DNA of 63,928 nt, the filler included, from Collodictyon triciliatum (taxonomy: Eukaryota): NCBI GenBank assembly GCA_043381765.1. It is 4 parts of 4 records of this genome, joined end to end, with 100 filler letters (N's around TTAATTAATTAA, not from the genome) between each part and the next. Parts side by side here need not be neighbours in the genome. Positions count along the whole stretch, not along the records: positions 50,659 to 63,928 come from JBHJMP010001532.1; 3 more parts are not named here. One strand, given 5' to 3'. Positions within the stretch are counted from its first letter, which is position 1. Each line of letters begins with the position of its first letter. The notes below the pieces were generated by a model. It did no database searches. It saw only the letters and a program-made list of their open reading frames with translations, and was not told the origin of the DNA. A program made the position numbers and the translations under genes. This document shows, piece after piece, positions 60,572-63,928 of the stretch.

Positions 60572-61483
60572 GGCTCCTTTTTTTTTTTTTTTTGTTTCGT
60601 TTTTTTTTCGGAGAATTATTTTGCAACAGCGGCCACTGCGTGTGTTCTCTTGTGCTGACTTCTGTGGTGGGTTGAAACAAAGTGAGAAATGCAGCTGGCG
60701 TCTAGTCACCCATGAACTTGGTTCTTTTAGCAAATGCAAGATTTCGTTGTTTTGCTTTGCTTTGCTTTGCTTTGTTTTGTTTTGTTTTGTTTTGTTTTGT
60801 TTTGTTTTGTTTTGTTTTGTTTTGTTTTGTTTTGTTTTGTTTTGTTTTGTTTTGTTTTGTTTTGTGTTGTGTTGTGTTGTTTTGTTTTGTTTTTACGGCG
60901 CTTTTTTAATAATCGGCGTTGCTCTGTGTTGCTCGTCATGGGCCAAACAGGATCAGAGCCAAAGAGTCCGATCAGATCACACAAGCCGCCGCAACACAAA
61001 GAATCATTATTTTTTCGCTTGCTGGAGATTTATACAAAAACTGAAAGGATGAAAATCCTACTAATCCAATTCAGTTAATTACCCGGTTTTGCTTTATCAT
61101 GCCACGTGGAGAGAGGCTATAATTGGATATAATGTCCAAGATGGGAATAGATTTTCTTCTTCATATCTGGAAGATAGCTCCGTCTCCTTTTTCGCTATTT
61201 TTGCTAATATGAATGGCGTAGTGATCCGACGCGCGATGACGATAATATTACTGCGTTCTGTACAGAGAGGGTAGCGGGCTCGCCGTGAAGACTGCCACGA
61301 AGACTGCTGAGTACACAGCAGTGCACTTTTTCTAATTGTGGTTGGTTCTGGTGCAGTTTTGTGGTCTGTCATGGCGGATGTGGGTTCACTGAAAAATTAT
61401 GTCAAAAAAATATTGTGTCAGACGTGATGGGTTCGGGTGCTGGCTTGAGTAAGTGTTTATAGATTCAGGCGCTTCTGTCGGAG

Positions 61484-63856
61484 TTACGCCGGGTCTTTGG
61501 AGTAGTAAAACATAGGCATGCCAAATGTTCGTCCTTGAGTTCTCGAATATAGCTCGAAGTCTAGCAGGTCAGTGACGGCTATGGGCTGGCCTGTCAGTGT
61601 TGCATGGGTCCCACCAGTGACACGCACAGCGACAAAGTCTCCAATCTCAGGTCTCCGCACATGGCTGCGGAGGTTGGAGTCTGCTACCGAAAGAGTTGTG
61701 GGGATTTCACAGCATGGGAAAACAATCATTCGGTCGGTATCAGAGCGTGATAGAAACTCGTCCTTTGAGTTCCGGCTAACCTGCGAGATAATATGAATAG
61801 AGAAAGCATTTTCCATCAAGGTTTAAGCGCGGGGAAATTTTTGCTCGGTGTAACCTTTTACAATTCAGAGTAATATCAGCACTAAAACATGAGGCTTTCG
61901 ATAAACGAGTGTATACCAAGGATAGTGTGTTAGTTGAGATAAAAAAACGCCAAATAAAATAAGACAAGCAAGAAAAAAAACATTCTAAAGATGGTTTTGC
62001 TAAGGTGCTGGGTTACAAATTTGTACCCCTTCCACAAGAACCAGGTGGACTTTTCCAATTTCTTGATCGCTCATTATCTTTGCATTCTTTTGGAATGTTG
62101 CATTCATTTCCATAAGTCTTCGTTTTTTGGTCTCGTTGGGCACATCATCTCTAGTTATCAATTGTTTTTCGTTTCAATTTAAGAGTTGAAGCGAAACGAA
62201 AAGGTAATGGGCCAAAATAATAAAAATCATGATAATAATAAAAATGATAATAATAATAAAAATGATAATAATAATAAAAATGATAATAATAATAAAAATG
62301 ATAATAATAATAAAAATGATAATAGTAATAATAATCGGACACACAAAAGTCGATGACTAGAGTAGGTCAATTAGAAAATTGTTTAAATAGACCAATGCTG
62401 ATAGCTTCTTTTCTTACTTCAAGTGCCTCTGAGCAAATGTCTTCTCCCTCACCGAATACGCGTAAAGGAAAGCTCGCTCGTACTTTACGGTCTCCAATAG
62501 CGAGAGTGTTTGCTGGTGTTTTTTATATTTATTTTTCAAATGAAAGAGGATCGATTAGTTAAAAACAAAAAACTAAATTGCCATAACAAAAATGATATAT
62601 AAAGCAATTATAGTGACATAAAGAGGATGGGAGTTCTTAGGGAATAAAGATAAAATAGAGAACCAAATGGTCTTCCTCAGTTTCTCCACAAAAGCCGGTA
62701 ATAAAGTCACTCGACAAAGTGCACCCTAAATTAGTAAATTAAATGTTTCACATGAAGGTACTTTGAATCGAATAAAGGAAAAAAAATGTTTCAAATGAAG
62801 GTGATTCAAAAGCACTTATTTAAATTGAAAGAAGGTTTTGCTATTCGAAAAACTAAAATATCATCTTATTGAGTCCCCACCGGGTAGAATTGCCTTGATA
62901 TCAGAAATTAACTCAAGATAACTCTCCCTGGAATACCCACGCTTCATGGATTCAAGAACCTGTGTGATGATTATTCACCATAAAACAGTTGACAAGGTTA
63001 TTAAAGAATTACCTTCCTGGAGAAAGGATATTGTATTTTATATCCTTTTTAAATACCTTTTTTATACATTGAGACAAAAACAAAACAAAAACAAAAAAGG
63101 ACCCGAGAACTCCCACTTTGAGCTGGAATGTGCAAACTTTTACAAATGTTGGGTCTTTCACTTATCAAAGTCAGTAGCTAAAACAGATGGACATACAAGT
63201 TTCGGCAATTAATCATAACTGGCAAAATATTTCGAATAGAGGAAAAAATAGGCAAATAATTTTTTAAGAAAAATATATCATTTCTCCTTATAGAGGCTGT
63301 GAGAGCTTTAAGAAAAGGCTCAATAACATATTTCGATGATAATGAAGATATTCTACCGCACGAGGAAAATCTTTCGGGTGTGGTGACGTAAAACGGAATC
63401 TCATGCTAGGGGCAACAGAGGACAGCTCATCCTATGTCCAGTTACATTCAGACTAAGCAAGAGTTGAGAGGACATTAATAATAAAACGTGATTAAGATTA
63501 TGATCTAAAATTTTGAAAATCAGACAAGTAAATCTGCGAAGCGATAGCCATCGTCACTGCGTTTATAATTGCTCTTAAATCCAGGGCCACTATTAGGGTG
63601 ATGAAATAATAACACAGTGCAACAACAGTATATATTGAAAATATAATTTTTAGAAAATAATGCTTAAAGAACAGGTTTAATTAATTGTTTGGTTAACAAG
63701 TGCACAAAAAATCATTTAGTGTTATTTTTTTTTTATCGACAATACCCGAAGAGTGTAAAAAAAATAAATCAAATGCTTGCCTCAAATATTTTCTATCGAC
63801 AGACGCAGACGGAGAAGACGCATCTATGTAAGAATTCACATTTTGCCCAAGCAAGG
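61484..63856 (-). CDS. CDK5RAP1: tRNA methylthiotransferase MiaB/CDK5RAP1 (radical SAM + TRAM), 3' part
   Basis: [115 protein letters not shown]. Confidence 0.95.
62217..62335. repeat. Intronic 15-bp tandem repeat (AAAATGATAATAATA)n
   Basis: Direct reading. Confidence 0.9.
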
Positions 63857-63928
63857 TCACCTCTTTAAATCCCTATAACAGATTGTTAAAAATCCGGGTG
63901 CTTTTTGCTTTCTCAAAACAAAAAACAA

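Noticed and set aside
61097-61372. 91-aa ORF between MiaB and the Zn2Cys6 gene
   Set aside because: No motif or splice support; probably intergenic.

Overview
Eukaryotic genomic DNA: intron-rich, standard code, mostly GT-AG introns, many microsatellites; probably a microbial eukaryote, lineage not identifiable from this window. The window is not one locus. Three 100-bp N44-TTAATTAATTAA-N44 spacers join four pieces (16,826, 16,779 and 16,753 bp plus a partial one), which looks like a size-sorted concatenation of scaffolds. Piece 1: 3' end of an Akr1-like DHHC palmitoyltransferase, glutamate-cysteine ligase, peroxisomal acyl-CoA oxidase, a Mn-CDF transporter and a ~1,110-aa FG-GAP-repeat type I membrane protein with an integrin-alpha-like GFFxR motif. 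Piece 2: an EF-hand NADH dehydrogenase II pseudogene, decayed LRR pseudogene(s), a coiled-coil/Sel1-repeat protein, riboflavin kinase and a probable HPS6-like protein. Piece 3: a ~10-kb sAC/ADCY10-like cyclase-STAND-TPR gene, a PATAIRE CDK and a DCAF6/8-like WD40 gene. Piece 4: a sulfotransferase, a bacterial-type DUF1214-like gene with introns, a two-repeat MYB, an Ert1-like Zn2Cys6 factor and MiaB/CDK5RAP1. All calls come from hand translation and motif recall; no searches were run.
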